Virus record (IMG/VR): IMGVR_UViG_3300020057_000041
Location: 3,455-67,454 of that record
Direction: 5' to 3' (one strand)
Origin: a virus
Length of the DNA: 64,000 bases
Shown here: positions 54,065 through 63,843 of the stretch, one piece after another
How the letters are laid out: each line of letters starts with the position of its first letter
Numbering within the stretch: the stretch's first letter is position 1
The notes under the pieces: generated by a model
What the model was told of the DNA's origin: nothing
Database searches by the model: none
What the model saw: only the letters and a program-made list of their open reading frames with translations
Made by a program: the position numbers and the translations under genes

Positions 54065-55057
54065 TCAAGCCGCCGAGTCCCACTTCACGATCCGCGACTG
54101 CGCAGCGACCGTGTGGACCAGGCCAAAGCCGCCAAGGTAATACCAGGCGATCCCGCGCGAGCGACCGAAGTCGGAGGGGATCTTGCCTCGCATTTCCTCG
54201 GGGCAGGCAATGCCCTCGGCAACCGTGTCCGCACCGAACCAGAACGCCCAGGACGACTTTGCGTTGTCCCATGCGTCCGCCGTATCGGTCAACGGAGCGA
54301 ACGAGCCAGAGTTGGCCGCGCCGCCCTTGGGGATCGAGGTCTGCTCGACGAACCGGGTGTTCTCGTACCGGCCCATTTCACCGTTCAGGATCATCTGAAA
54401 ACCAGAGTCCGTGTACTGGTGCAGGGTTTCCAGTTCGTTCTTGAACGGACGGAATGTCGACGGGTGGCTGATGGAGATGTAGTCATCACCCATGTACGGG
54501 GGGATGTTGCGCTCCTTCATCTTGTCAACGATGTCCTTGACGTGTTCCTTGCCCATGGCCACGTTGTTGGTCAGCGTTGCCGTGCCGTCGGTCGTCAGTG
54601 TCACTGCATTGGTGCTGGTGCCGCCAGTAGGAACGGCGCGCAGTTTGGTCGCATTGAACTGCGTCCAGGCTGCAATGTCGAACGCCTTCTTGGCATCGGT
54701 CTTCAGAACCTTGTTGATGATCTCCTTGACCGGATGCTCGGACAGGTCGTCAAGCTTTCCGGTGTACGGAACAGAGTTGCCGTACTCGGTGATCGTCATC
54801 GTGCCTTGCGTGATGGTGAAGTTGGTCTCAGGCATGACGTTGGTTTCCACCAGTGCCGCGCCACGAGTCGCAACGTCGCTGTACACGTTCCAGTGGAATG
54901 TGTCGCCCTTGCCCTTGCCCTGCACCGCTGCGTCCTTGATGTCGGCGAACTGGCGGAATTTCACCGTCGGCTGCACCGCATAACGCAATACCTTCGAGAG
55001 CTGGTCCGAGTACATGTACCCGCCCAAGCTGCTTGTTACCCAAATTTGACCTGGCAT
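54065..55057 (-). CDS. major capsid protein (N4-gp56-like)
   Basis: 330 aa after the scaffold; FRQFAD...GKGDTF...ITEYGNSV...GEMGRYENTRFVE. Confidence 0.85.
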   Translation of the reverse strand: MPGQIWVTSSLGGYMYSDQLSKVLRYAVQPTVKFRQFADIKDAAVQGKGKGDTFHWNVYSDVATRGAALVETNVMPETNFTITQGTMTITEYGNSVPYTGKLDDLSEHPVKEIINKVLKTDAKKAFDIAAWTQFNATKLRAVPTGGTSTNAVTLTTDGTATLTNNVAMGKEHVKDIVDKMKERNIPPYMGDDYISISHPSTFRPFKNELETLHQYTDSGFQMILNGEMGRYENTRFVEQTSIPKGGAANSGSFAPLTDTADAWDNAKSSWAFWFGADTVAEGIACPEEMRGKIPSDFGRSRGIAWYYLGGFGLVHTVAAQSRIVKWDSAA

Positions 55058-55084
55058 GATAAATCCTTCACAAAAAAGTTGGCT

Positions 55085-56059
55085 TCAGACTTCCATCCCC
55101 CTGGACTTGCGCATCTCTGCGAGCACATCGCTCGTCGTCTGCGCCGGCTCCTGGGTCGTGGTCGCCGTCTTGTTCAAAGAGTTGATGTTGTCCATCTTCC
55201 CCTTGCGTTCCAGCTTTTCGTTGCGGGATGTGGTCGGATTCGGAGTCGCAGCGGGCTTGATCCCCATACTGACCATCCATTCCCGCGTCCTTTTCGCGCC
55301 GGCCCCGAGTGCGTCTTGGTATGGCGTTCCGCCAGCCATCGCTTCCTCGATATGCCGATTCGTCAAGTCCGTGAGGTATGGGTCGTCGGCCAGGTCGGGG
55401 TTAGCGTCCTGAAACTTCTCCAATGCACTCGCGTCAACTAATCGCTGCCTGAGCACTGGCGTCAACTGATCCGCAATCTGATCGAGGTCCAGGGTGGGAG
55501 ACTTGCTCCGCCCCTCGCCTACGAACTTCTGCAGTGCAGCTATCGCCTTCTCTTCATCTCCCTCAAACAGGGATGCGATGAAGGTCTTCGCGCTCAAGCC
55601 GTCCCCATTTGGGTCCGGTTGATGGGCAGTGTCCTCACCGCCTTGCGTGTTGTCCACCTTCGCCGGGGGCAAAGCGCGTGCCTGCGCCAGTATTTGGTTT
55701 GCCTCGGCCAGGCGCCGGTCGGCGGCTACCTGCTTTTGATAGTTGCGTATGGCCTCGGCCACCGTCACCTCAGACTCGACTCCGTCCACCTTGACCTTGA
55801 CGCGCACCTTGTCGGGATGCTCAAGCAGCTGCGGCTCGTCCTCCAATTGCGCCTGTACCTCATCGTCCTCATCGACTACGGCCTTTTTGGGCTTGACTGC
55901 CGGCTGCTCGATCTGCTCGACGTCTTCGTCTTCCTCATCGTCGCGCTTGAACTTGATGGCGTCCATCGCTGCCAGGCGCGGAGAAAGCATCTGCTCGGCG
56001 GCCTGGTCAGCAGGTGCGCCCGTGGTTTGGGTGTCGTCGGTCTTCTCGTTGGTTGCCAT
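55085..56059 (-). CDS. capsid scaffolding protein
   Basis: Acidic; KVKVDGVESEVTVAEAIRNYQK; lies between portal and capsid. Confidence 0.75.
   Translation of the reverse strand: MATNEKTDDTQTTGAPADQAAEQMLSPRLAAMDAIKFKRDDEEDEDVEQIEQPAVKPKKAVVDEDDEVQAQLEDEPQLLEHPDKVRVKVKVDGVESEVTVAEAIRNYQKQVAADRRLAEANQILAQARALPPAKVDNTQGGEDTAHQPDPNGDGLSAKTFIASLFEGDEEKAIAALQKFVGEGRSKSPTLDLDQIADQLTPVLRQRLVDASALEKFQDANPDLADDPYLTDLTNRHIEEAMAGGTPYQDALGAGAKRTREWMVSMGIKPAATPNPTTSRNEKLERKGKMDNINSLNKTATTTQEPAQTTSDVLAEMRKSRGMEV
55661..55672 (-). promoter_or_regulatory. late-promoter activator site inside the scaffold gene
   Basis: TTGCCCCCGGCG-aagg-TGGACA-17nt-GACACT. Confidence 0.6.
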
Positions 56060-56082
56060 GTCATCTACTCCTGGTTGAAAAA

Positions 56083-56367
56083 TCATCCCTCGCGGGCCAT
56101 CCATTCGGCCTCTGCCTGCTCGCCCGCCGTCACCGCCTCGCCCAGCCATTGCAGGAACATCGCAGCAACGGCGCCCTGGTTCTGGTGTTGGCGCACGGCC
56201 CGGGCGTCCTCCGGGTCTACGGTCAGCAGTGCGTCCTTGGCCGCCTCAATGTCGTTGTTGGCACGACCGGCAAGGTGTCTGCCGATGGAGCCGCCCATGA
56301 ATTGCTGCACATCGAGTCCGAACGACACACGCGCCCTGACCTCGGCCAACTCGCTCTCTTCGCTCAT
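56083..56367 (-). CDS. small head-region protein
   Basis: 94 aa between portal and scaffold. Confidence 0.65.
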   Translation of the reverse strand: MSEESELAEVRARVSFGLDVQQFMGGSIGRHLAGRANNDIEAAKDALLTVDPEDARAVRQHQNQGAVAAMFLQWLGEAVTAGEQAEAEWMAREG

Positions 56368-58547
56368 GAGTCAGCCCGCACGGTTTCGATGCCCTGGTTG
56401 GCACCTTCAGCGCCCGACGCAGGGGCCACCGGGGCCATGGGCGTCAGCGGCGTTGTGTCGCCCGCCACCGCACCGCCGGGCATGAACTCGACACCGGTGC
56501 GCGGGTCCTTCACGCTGTTTTGCGTCAGGCCGGGCGCCGGTGCCTCGATGGCTGGGAAGTTGGGATCGATGCCCGCTGGCGTGGGCGCCTGGTAGCCGCC
56601 GGCCATGACAATGGCGTCTGCCACTGGCGCGATCTGGGGAACGCTTGCCAGCATCTGTGCGAATTGACCGGACGCAAACATGGCCTCGACGTTCTTCTTG
56701 AACGCCGACGAGATCGTGTCCTTGGTCTTGGCGGCCAATGTCTCGATCTCCGCGTCGAGTTTGCGCACCTGCGCTGCCACCATCTCCGGGCTCACCTTTT
56801 GCTCCAGTTGCTTTTGCAGTTCTGTGATCGTGGCCTTGGCGTTTGTCAGGCTCGGGTCCTCTGTCTCGGTGTCGAAGAACCGGTCGCCGTCGCGGTAGCC
56901 CAGCTTGCCGAACAGTTCCTTGATCACCTCTGACACATCCAGCCCGAAGCGCTCCAGCACACCGTCGGCCAGCAGGTCCTTGAGCGATCGCATCGCCTCC
57001 AGGAACGTTTTGACCTGGTCCAGCGGGTTGGTTGACCCGGTGCCCACGTTGACATTGAGCGTGATGTCCATTTCGAGCAACTCGTCGATGAACCCCTCGT
57101 TTGCTGCCTCCATGGCGAAATCACGCTCCAGTTTGGCCGCTTTGCTGGCCAGGCGGATGATCGCCTCATCGGTCTCGTACTTGCCCTCCAGCAGCAATAG
57201 TTGGTGCAAAACGGGCTCGACCCATGTCTCCACGAACGCGCGCAGCTGGTAGGCACCGACTTGGTTGGTGGCGCTGTTCATCATCTGCATGCCGCCCACG
57301 GTCTCATTGAGATTGCGGTTGGACTGCACCGAGGACTGAGAGAACGCGCCGGCCACATCATCGAAGTCAAGATTGAGCCGGTCCTGCTCGGAGTAGGCCG
57401 AACTGGTCACGTCGGGCGTGTCGAGCACCTTCACGTCCTTCTCGGGGTCGTTCATCATCGTCACGCTGGAGGGCACATTGCGTGTCAGGCTGCGGATGTC
57501 GACCTGCCTGCCGCGCTGCACGAAGTAGCGCTTGTTCATCGCAAACTTGACGTTGTCGATGCGCTGGTTGGCCACCTCGTTGATCTCGGCCTGGGTGTCC
57601 TTTGTGATGCCAGGGATGCCGTCCGGGTACAGCTTGTGTGTCTCCAAGATGCACAACCCCATGACGTAGGGGCGCCGACCGTGCCAGTAGTGCGACTCCA
57701 GCGGTACCGGCTGACTGAGCGTCGACATAGTGCCCAGCGTGTACCAGATCATGTCGACGCCGTCGATTTCCATGATGTTGCGATGCACCCACACGGTTGC
57801 AAACTCGTTGATGGCTGATCGCTGCTCTGTGCTGTCCTGCCGGTTGCGCTCGCGCGTCTGGCGTGTGCTGTCCGAGTAGCTGTTCTGCGCTGCCAGGATT
57901 TCGGAGTCGGCCAGCGTCTTCCACCGGGGCTGCCCGGTCGTTGGGTCCTCGTTGGTCATGCGCTTTCGCACGTCCATCACCATCATCGGGAGCATGTGGA
58001 TCACGTATGCGCTCGAGCCGATCGGGTCGTCCCACTTCGCTCCGGGGTGGATGCGAAAGTTCTCGGTCGGTATCAGGTCGATGCAGGGCTTGTCGATCTT
58101 GCGCTTGGCATCAAACCGCCAGTATTGGTGCGATATGCACACGCCCACGGTCTGTGCGTCCTGGTACGCGCCGATCAGGGTCAGGAACCAGGGGATGCTC
58201 TTCTTGAGCCGGTAATTGAGCAGCGCATGCTTGACCTGTGCCGATGCGCGATTCTTTGGGTTGTCGCTGTCCTCGGGCGTGACCGTGACCACGTCCGATG
58301 TAGCGAAAAACGCCTCTGCCGCCGATGCTTCGTTCTTTCGGATCGTCGCGCGGGTCTTGGGCCGGAACAGTCGGGACCGCGCCTTGTATGCGTCTGAGTG
58401 GTACTTGCTGTTCGTGGGGTGCACACCTTGGAACTGCCTCAGTGCTGCCTCGATCTGCGTGCGGATGGACGAGTCAAAGTAGGTTGTGGACGATGTGAAC
58501 GCGTCACGCGCCATCGTTAGGAACTTGTCGGGTGCGGTTTCGTTCAT
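56364..58547 (-). CDS. portal protein
   Basis: 727 aa downstream of TerL; QAEINEVANQRIDNV, ETVGGM; podovirus-size portal. Confidence 0.85.
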   Translation of the reverse strand: MNETAPDKFLTMARDAFTSSTTYFDSSIRTQIEAALRQFQGVHPTNSKYHSDAYKARSRLFRPKTRATIRKNEASAAEAFFATSDVVTVTPEDSDNPKNRASAQVKHALLNYRLKKSIPWFLTLIGAYQDAQTVGVCISHQYWRFDAKRKIDKPCIDLIPTENFRIHPGAKWDDPIGSSAYVIHMLPMMVMDVRKRMTNEDPTTGQPRWKTLADSEILAAQNSYSDSTRQTRERNRQDSTEQRSAINEFATVWVHRNIMEIDGVDMIWYTLGTMSTLSQPVPLESHYWHGRRPYVMGLCILETHKLYPDGIPGITKDTQAEINEVANQRIDNVKFAMNKRYFVQRGRQVDIRSLTRNVPSSVTMMNDPEKDVKVLDTPDVTSSAYSEQDRLNLDFDDVAGAFSQSSVQSNRNLNETVGGMQMMNSATNQVGAYQLRAFVETWVEPVLHQLLLLEGKYETDEAIIRLASKAAKLERDFAMEAANEGFIDELLEMDITLNVNVGTGSTNPLDQVKTFLEAMRSLKDLLADGVLERFGLDVSEVIKELFGKLGYRDGDRFFDTETEDPSLTNAKATITELQKQLEQKVSPEMVAAQVRKLDAEIETLAAKTKDTISSAFKKNVEAMFASGQFAQMLASVPQIAPVADAIVMAGGYQAPTPAGIDPNFPAIEAPAPGLTQNSVKDPRTGVEFMPGGAVAGDTTPLTPMAPVAPASGAEGANQGIETVRADS

Positions 58548-59742
58548 TTGTCGGCCCTCAGATACCCGGCGCTGTCAACCGGGATGTCGCTGTACTCGGC
58601 GGCGTTGAATCTGCCTCTGCGCATGCGATAGCGCTCAAGCATCTCGCCGCCGGCCATCACCACGCGTCGTTTGAAGTCGGACCCGCTGTAGATCTCGGTG
58701 AGCTTGATCCGAAAGCCCCAGTTTCCAGAAAGCGCCAGGTTGCGCACGTCGGCAAAGCCAATTTCCCCGTCGCAGGCGACAGCCCACATATGGCCCGGGT
58801 ATGCGCCATGCAGTGCCTCAGCCATCTCCTTGGACATGACGATGTCGTTGGCGGCGCCTTGCGGGTTGTCGGTGACGATTTCTTGGGTCATGGTTCTGCG
58901 TCTGGCTCTGTTTGGGTCTGCACAAATCTGATCTTTTCAAAGTCACTGAGCCAAGCCCACTCCCTGGGCGTCACGATCGCCTTGCACGGCTCGGGCAACT
59001 CGTCGTAGCGCGGATCACTCGGGAGGTCTTGCATATGCAGGCACCTTCTCGATGTACTCGCGGCCAGAGCTGAATCGGTAGGCCGTTGGGTACGGCTGCA
59101 CCACGGAATCGGCCTCGGCAATGCCGACCTCGGCAGACCACAGGCGCTCACTGGTGCGAACGATTTCATGGGGCTTCAGGGCAGGTGTTGGCATGGTTGG
59201 TCCTCAATTTCGGCTGACGCCAAGCGCTTCCAAACTCGCAAATAGTTCTTCTTGCTTTGCGATAGCTTGTTGCAAAAGATGTTCTTTCGGCACTGCACTC
59301 ACCTCCCATGGCACGCCGCGCACGTAGTCCTCTGAGCGCAGTTGCAGATGTGCAATAACCTTGATGTGGTCGCCCTCGTAGCGCTCCAATTCCTTGATGA
59401 ACCCCTGCTTCTTTGCAAGTTGATCTTGCAATTCCAGCACGCGGACTATGTCGCTCAGTTTCATGGTGTCCTCCAAAATGATGGGATGCCCTTGCCGAAG
59501 CGAATTGACTCGTAGCAGGCGTCGCGTAGGGCGAACAACTCAATGTCGAACGTCTGACGCGGATACACGCTGTTCCCTGTGGGCCTGCGCGGCCCTTGCA
59601 GTTGTCTCATGAGCATGGTCTTGATGACATCGTTCGCACGTTGCTTGCGCCTTGCTCGTAGGTTCTGCTTCGCTCTGACGCTGTCTCGACGGCGCACGAT
59701 CGAATCAAAATCTGCTTGGTTTCTCATGGTGTCCTCTATCAA
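58544..59742 (-). other. small hypothetical CDSs between TerL and portal (58544..58891, 59204..59464, 59461..59727)
   Basis: Coupled minus-strand ORFs with RBSs. Confidence 0.55.
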
Positions 59743-61430
59743 TCGGCAAAAGTTTCGGGTTCGAGCATGCGTTCGTCAACGATTACCGGGGGCAATGGCT
59801 CCATGTCATACAGCCGCGACGTTGCGTCGATCAGGTCTTTCTTGGCCGAAAAAGGGTAGGTCAGGTACTCTTCCAAGAAGCCCTTGTTGAGCGAATACAC
59901 GTTGCCCTCGTGATCCCTGCGCCTGGCTGGTGTGAAGATCCGAAAGGCCTGGCCCTGGTCGCGCATCTTCTTTTGATTGCTGGTCTCGTAGGGCTCAGAG
60001 GTCGTCATCGGCTGACCGTCGACGTCCATCACCGCATCGCCCTGCTTGTCCAGCAGCGGCACCTTGCGCTGGCACAGCATGGGCAGGAAGAACTTCTTGG
60101 CGGCAAAGTCGGGCTGCAGGCGCTGCACGCGGTCGTCCTTGGCCTGATTGCCATCGCTGGTCCAGTTCAGTTCGTGGATCTGGAATGAGTCGTTGGCGGC
60201 CAGCATCTTTTCCTCGAAATACTCGAGGTCGGCCTGCATGCCGTACCGCTCGTAGCCGGCCTTGACCATTTGCACGCCGGGCACGTTGCGCCACAGCTTG
60301 ACCAGGCCGTACAGGGCTTCCCACCGCTCTTTCAGACCCATCTTGTGGCGGTAGCCGTCCAGCAGGTACTTGTTGCTGCCAGCGTCCACGCCGATGACTG
60401 CCATAGCCGTGTTGTCGCTGCCCTTCTTCTTGCTGTGCGCCGGGTCGACCATGATGTACACGTTGAGCGTGGCCGGCCTGATGTCGCTGAACTGCAACCA
60501 CTCCTTGCGGAACATCGCCTCGTTGCCAGCTGCCGGATTGAGCAGCATCTGGCATGCAATGGTCGACGGCCCCTGCTTGATCTTTTTGTCGGCCCACGCG
60601 CCGGCGGTCATGAACACCGGGTCGCCGTCGGCCAGGCCGTTGTCAGTTGCCGGGTAGACGCGCACCTTCAAGGCATCGCGCTCAATGATGTCGGCGTAGG
60701 TGTCGGCAAACGAGTACCGGGTGCCGACGTGCCATGCCCGAAGCCTTCCGTTCTCGCCGCGTGCGCCCAGGTTGTCGGATAGCTCCCACGCCTTGGTCGT
60801 CTTGGCCACCTGTTCGGGTGTATTGACTGACTCCAGCGTCACAACGTCGTCATACACGCGCAGCCGGAAGTGCGCGCCGGTGGGCTGCCCGTCCACCAGG
60901 CCATGCGCCTCGACGGTTGCCTCCTTGGGGTTGCTGGTGCGCTGGACTGTCAGGCCCTTTTCCTCGGACCACTTCGATGCCTGCTTCTTCGGGTCAGACC
61001 AGAAAATGGTTGGGTATGTTGCCTGCAACTCCTTGTTGTCTTCAAGTTCCTGCTTGAGCTGCAACATGAATTTTCGGGCGACGGGCTTCGTGTGACTGAA
61101 GATGCCGATCGTGATCTCGGGGTCTCGGATGATTTCCTGCACGATGCCAGCGAAAGTAATGAGGGTCGACTTGTAGTGCTCGCGTGCCCACAGGTCCAGG
61201 TAGCCATCCGGGTCCGCCTCGACCTCGCGGCAGCGCGCGTACAGCCACGGATGTACCGCATCGAGCCGGTGCAGAAGCCTTGTGAGCAGGTAGTACCGAT
61301 CATTTCGACCAAGCCACGCCCGGCCCGCGTCGCCGTAGTCTGACTCGACGATCCCCCACAGATCAGCGACTTGCTCGAACTCTGCCGCCTGCAAAGAGGG
61401 CGCGAGCTGGTCGAGGTCGTCACGGATCAT
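59739..61430 (-). CDS. terL: terminase large subunit
   Basis: WAREHYKST (Walker A variant), RVYDDVV (Walker B), YIMVDPA...SDNTAM, KKDLIDA nuclease motifs. Confidence 0.9.
   Translation of the reverse strand: MIRDDLDQLAPSLQAAEFEQVADLWGIVESDYGDAGRAWLGRNDRYYLLTRLLHRLDAVHPWLYARCREVEADPDGYLDLWAREHYKSTLITFAGIVQEIIRDPEITIGIFSHTKPVARKFMLQLKQELEDNKELQATYPTIFWSDPKKQASKWSEEKGLTVQRTSNPKEATVEAHGLVDGQPTGAHFRLRVYDDVVTLESVNTPEQVAKTTKAWELSDNLGARGENGRLRAWHVGTRYSFADTYADIIERDALKVRVYPATDNGLADGDPVFMTAGAWADKKIKQGPSTIACQMLLNPAAGNEAMFRKEWLQFSDIRPATLNVYIMVDPAHSKKKGSDNTAMAVIGVDAGSNKYLLDGYRHKMGLKERWEALYGLVKLWRNVPGVQMVKAGYERYGMQADLEYFEEKMLAANDSFQIHELNWTSDGNQAKDDRVQRLQPDFAAKKFFLPMLCQRKVPLLDKQGDAVMDVDGQPMTTSEPYETSNQKKMRDQGQAFRIFTPARRRDHEGNVYSLNKGFLEEYLTYPFSAKKDLIDATSRLYDMEPLPPVIVDERMLEPETFAD
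59784..59795 (-). promoter_or_regulatory. late-promoter activator site inside the terL 3' end
   Basis: TTGCCCCCGGTA-atcg-TTGACG-17nt-GAAACT. Confidence 0.65.
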
Positions 61431-62011
61431 TGACCGGTCCCGAACACAACCCGCTCGACGATCTCGATCAAGATGTGGATGACCTTGATGTGCAGTTCCT
61501 GCGCCCGGTCAGCGTAGCGCCCGCCCTCGGTGCATATGTGATAGTCGGCCAGCTTGCCCAGGTCGCACCACCTGTTGCCGGTCAGTGCGATGACACGCAT
61601 GCCCTGCGCGCGCGCTGCGGTTGCAGCCATGATGACTGACTCGCTGCGCCCGCTGGTGCTGATGGCGAGCAGGTAGTCACCGCCGCGCCCGTGGGCCTCG
61701 AGGTAGCGCGAGAACACCTGGTCGTAGCCGAAGTCGTTGGCCACGCATGTCAGGTGCCCGACATCGCTGATAGCGGTGGCAGGCAGGGCCCGGCGATCGC
61801 CCCGGAATCGACCGCTCAGTTCCTCGGCGAAGTGCATCGCATCTGACATCGAGCCACCATTGCCGCACGAGAAAACCCGTTTGCCTGCCTTGAGCGCATG
61901 GCCCAGGTCCCCGCCGGCCATACTGATCATCGCAAGCATTGCGGAGTCGGCGCGCAGTATCTGCAATGCGCCGTGGGCTTCGTCCAGCGCCTTGTCGACG
62001 ATATCAAGCAT
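61427..62011 (-). CDS. gmhA: D-sedoheptulose-7-phosphate isomerase
   Basis: CGNGGSMSDAMHFAEELSGRF, NDFGYDQVFSR, ISTSGRS, DRAQELHIKVIH. Confidence 0.95.
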   Translation of the reverse strand: MLDIVDKALDEAHGALQILRADSAMLAMISMAGGDLGHALKAGKRVFSCGNGGSMSDAMHFAEELSGRFRGDRRALPATAISDVGHLTCVANDFGYDQVFSRYLEAHGRGGDYLLAISTSGRSESVIMAATAARAQGMRVIALTGNRWCDLGKLADYHICTEGGRYADRAQELHIKVIHILIEIVERVVFGTGQ

Positions 62012-62888
62012 CGAGCAACTCCTGCCGGGTGATCGCCGCAGTGCCCAGGCGACCAACTACGATGCCGGCGGCCTTGCTGGCCAGGTACATTGCCTGTGGC
62101 CATGGCCGGCCGGCTGCGCGCATGCAGGCCACGACAGCCATAACCGTGTCGCCAGCGCCGGTCACGTCGGCCACGTCGCGTGTGTAGGCGAGCTGATCAA
62201 TATAGATGCTTGCAGTCTCCAAGCACATGCCATCGGCGCCACGCGTCGTGAGCACGGCGCCCACGGCAAGCATGTCGGATTTGTTACGCAGCTGATCCAA
62301 TTCGATCTGGTTGGGCTTGACCAGCGCCGCGCCCGCGTATTTGGTCCAGTCATCTCCCTTGGGGTCAACGAAAACCGGCTTTCCTGCTGCCTTGGCCATC
62401 TGGATCAGGTCTTGCACGTAGCGCAGCGCGCCCTTGCCATAGTCCGATGCGATCACGATGTCGCAACCGAGCACCATGGCCTGAAATGCGTGGTCCATGC
62501 GTTCTAGTGATTCTTGGCATGGCGACCCCTCGAAGTCCAGCCGGATCATCTGCTGGCGCTGGCCGATCACTCGCAGTTTGACGGTCGTCCGCATGACGGA
62601 GTCGGATATCAAGGCGATCTTGTGAACGCCGCCGGCCAATGCGGCGTCGGCGAGCCAACTGCCATCGCGGTCATTGCCAACAACCGACACGAGGTCCACC
62701 CTGGCGCCCAGGGCCGCGCAGTTGAGCGCCACGTTCGCTGCGCCGCCAGCCCGTTCCTCTACCCGGGTGACCGCCACCACGGGCACTGGCGCTTCCTGGC
62801 TGATCCGAGTCACGTCGCCGTGCCAGTACCGATCGAGCATCACATCGCCCACCACCAGCACACGAATGCCTGAGAAGTCTGGGATCAT
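62004..62888 (-). CDS. rfaE1: heptose 7-phosphate kinase (RfaE1/HldA type, HldE N-terminal domain)
   Basis: VVGDVMLDRYWHGDVTRISQEAPVPV, GGAANVA, SDYGKG, VDPK, DVTGAGDT. Confidence 0.95.
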   Translation of the reverse strand: MIPDFSGIRVLVVGDVMLDRYWHGDVTRISQEAPVPVVAVTRVEERAGGAANVALNCAALGARVDLVSVVGNDRDGSWLADAALAGGVHKIALISDSVMRTTVKLRVIGQRQQMIRLDFEGSPCQESLERMDHAFQAMVLGCDIVIASDYGKGALRYVQDLIQMAKAAGKPVFVDPKGDDWTKYAGAALVKPNQIELDQLRNKSDMLAVGAVLTTRGADGMCLETASIYIDQLAYTRDVADVTGAGDTVMAVVACMRAAGRPWPQAMYLASKAAGIVVGRLGTAAITRQELLDA

Positions 62889-63505
62889 GCTTTGCCCAGG
62901 ACCTTAGCGAATTTTGCTTTGACGGCTTCGATGGCGGCCATCTTGTCGACGGCGGTGGCCATCGCAGCGAGCGGCTGGACATTGTGTGCTTCGTAGTGGC
63001 CCAGGATCTTGTTGGCTTGGTCGCGGGCTGCGTTCTTGTCCAGCCACTTCACCTTTTTGGTGTACTCGGGCACCACGGTAATCACACCATCCTTGACCAA
63101 TGTGACCCCCCGCTCGACCACCTCTATCCCGGCCAGGGCCATGGCGGTGTCGTCGTCCAGGTCGATGACTCGCTTGAGCGTGCCGTCGTCCTTGTAAAGT
63201 TTTCTTGGGTCGAAGTAAACAGCCTGAGCAAGATTGCGCAACACGCCCTCGGTGTTCAGCTCCAGGCTTTCGCGCAGCGTTGCCTGACGATCTGCAATTC
63301 TTTGCGATACTTTTGCATCTTTCATCAGACGCCAGGCCGCGTTATCAGCCGATCTTGGGCTGTAGCCCGCTGTCCGTGCGGCTTCCCCGGTATTTCCGCC
63401 GTTTGCAAAATATGCTTCGACGAATTGCGTTATGCGCGCTTCCTTGGCCGATTGGCTCGATCCGGGCTTGCGTTTCTTGGCGGTTTTGGCCTTTGGTGCG
63501 GTCAT
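62885..63505 (-). CDS. terS: terminase small subunit
   Basis: FVEAYFANGGNTGEAARTAGYSPRSA...DPRKLY...DKNAARDQANKILG. Confidence 0.88.
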   Translation of the reverse strand: MTAPKAKTAKKRKPGSSQSAKEARITQFVEAYFANGGNTGEAARTAGYSPRSADNAAWRLMKDAKVSQRIADRQATLRESLELNTEGVLRNLAQAVYFDPRKLYKDDGTLKRVIDLDDDTAMALAGIEVVERGVTLVKDGVITVVPEYTKKVKWLDKNAARDQANKILGHYEAHNVQPLAAMATAVDKMAAIEAVKAKFAKVLGKA

Positions 63506-63546
63506 ATGCGCCGATATTGCAATGTGCATTGCAGTTTGGCGACTGA

Positions 63547-63558
63547 TGCCGGGGGCAA
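63547..63558 (-). promoter_or_regulatory. late-promoter activator site heading the terS operon
   Basis: TTGCCCCCGGCA-tcag-TCGCCA-17nt-CAATAT-8nt-ATG. Confidence 0.75.
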
Positions 63559-63566
63559 CGGGCGTT

Positions 63567-63589
63567 AAAAAGCCCGCACTGTGGCGGGC
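63567..63589 (-). terminator. intrinsic terminator upstream of the late operon
   Basis: GCCCGC-cacagt-GCGGGC-TTTTT. Confidence 0.7.
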
Positions 63590-63621
63590 ATCCTCTGTTG
63601 TCCTCTGTGCTCTTCTGTAGG

Positions 63622-63843
63622 TCAGGGGCGCTTGGCAGCTTCCTCGGCTTCGATCTTGTCAAGTACCTCGTTCGCCATGGCGGCGGATACTGTGACGGAG
63701 AAATGGAGCGATATGTCGTATGTTGCACCGTGGCCGGTCGCGTTCCGAGCGCCTTGTCGGCTGCGCCAATCGTCATTCATGGCCTGGCGTATGGCTTGGC
63801 GGATCGTGAATCCCTTGGGCACGAGCATGTCATCGAGTTTCAT
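63622..63843 (-). CDS. small hypothetical protein
   Basis: MKLDDMLVPKGFT...; GGAG upstream. Confidence 0.45.
   Translation of the reverse strand: MKLDDMLVPKGFTIRQAIRQAMNDDWRSRQGARNATGHGATYDISLHFSVTVSAAMANEVLDKIEAEEAAKRP

Noticed and set aside
51723-55441. Long plus-strand ORFs (573 aa and 476 aa) opposite the GT and capsid genes
   Set aside because: Antisense shadows of high-GC coding sequence, with no motifs or RBS.
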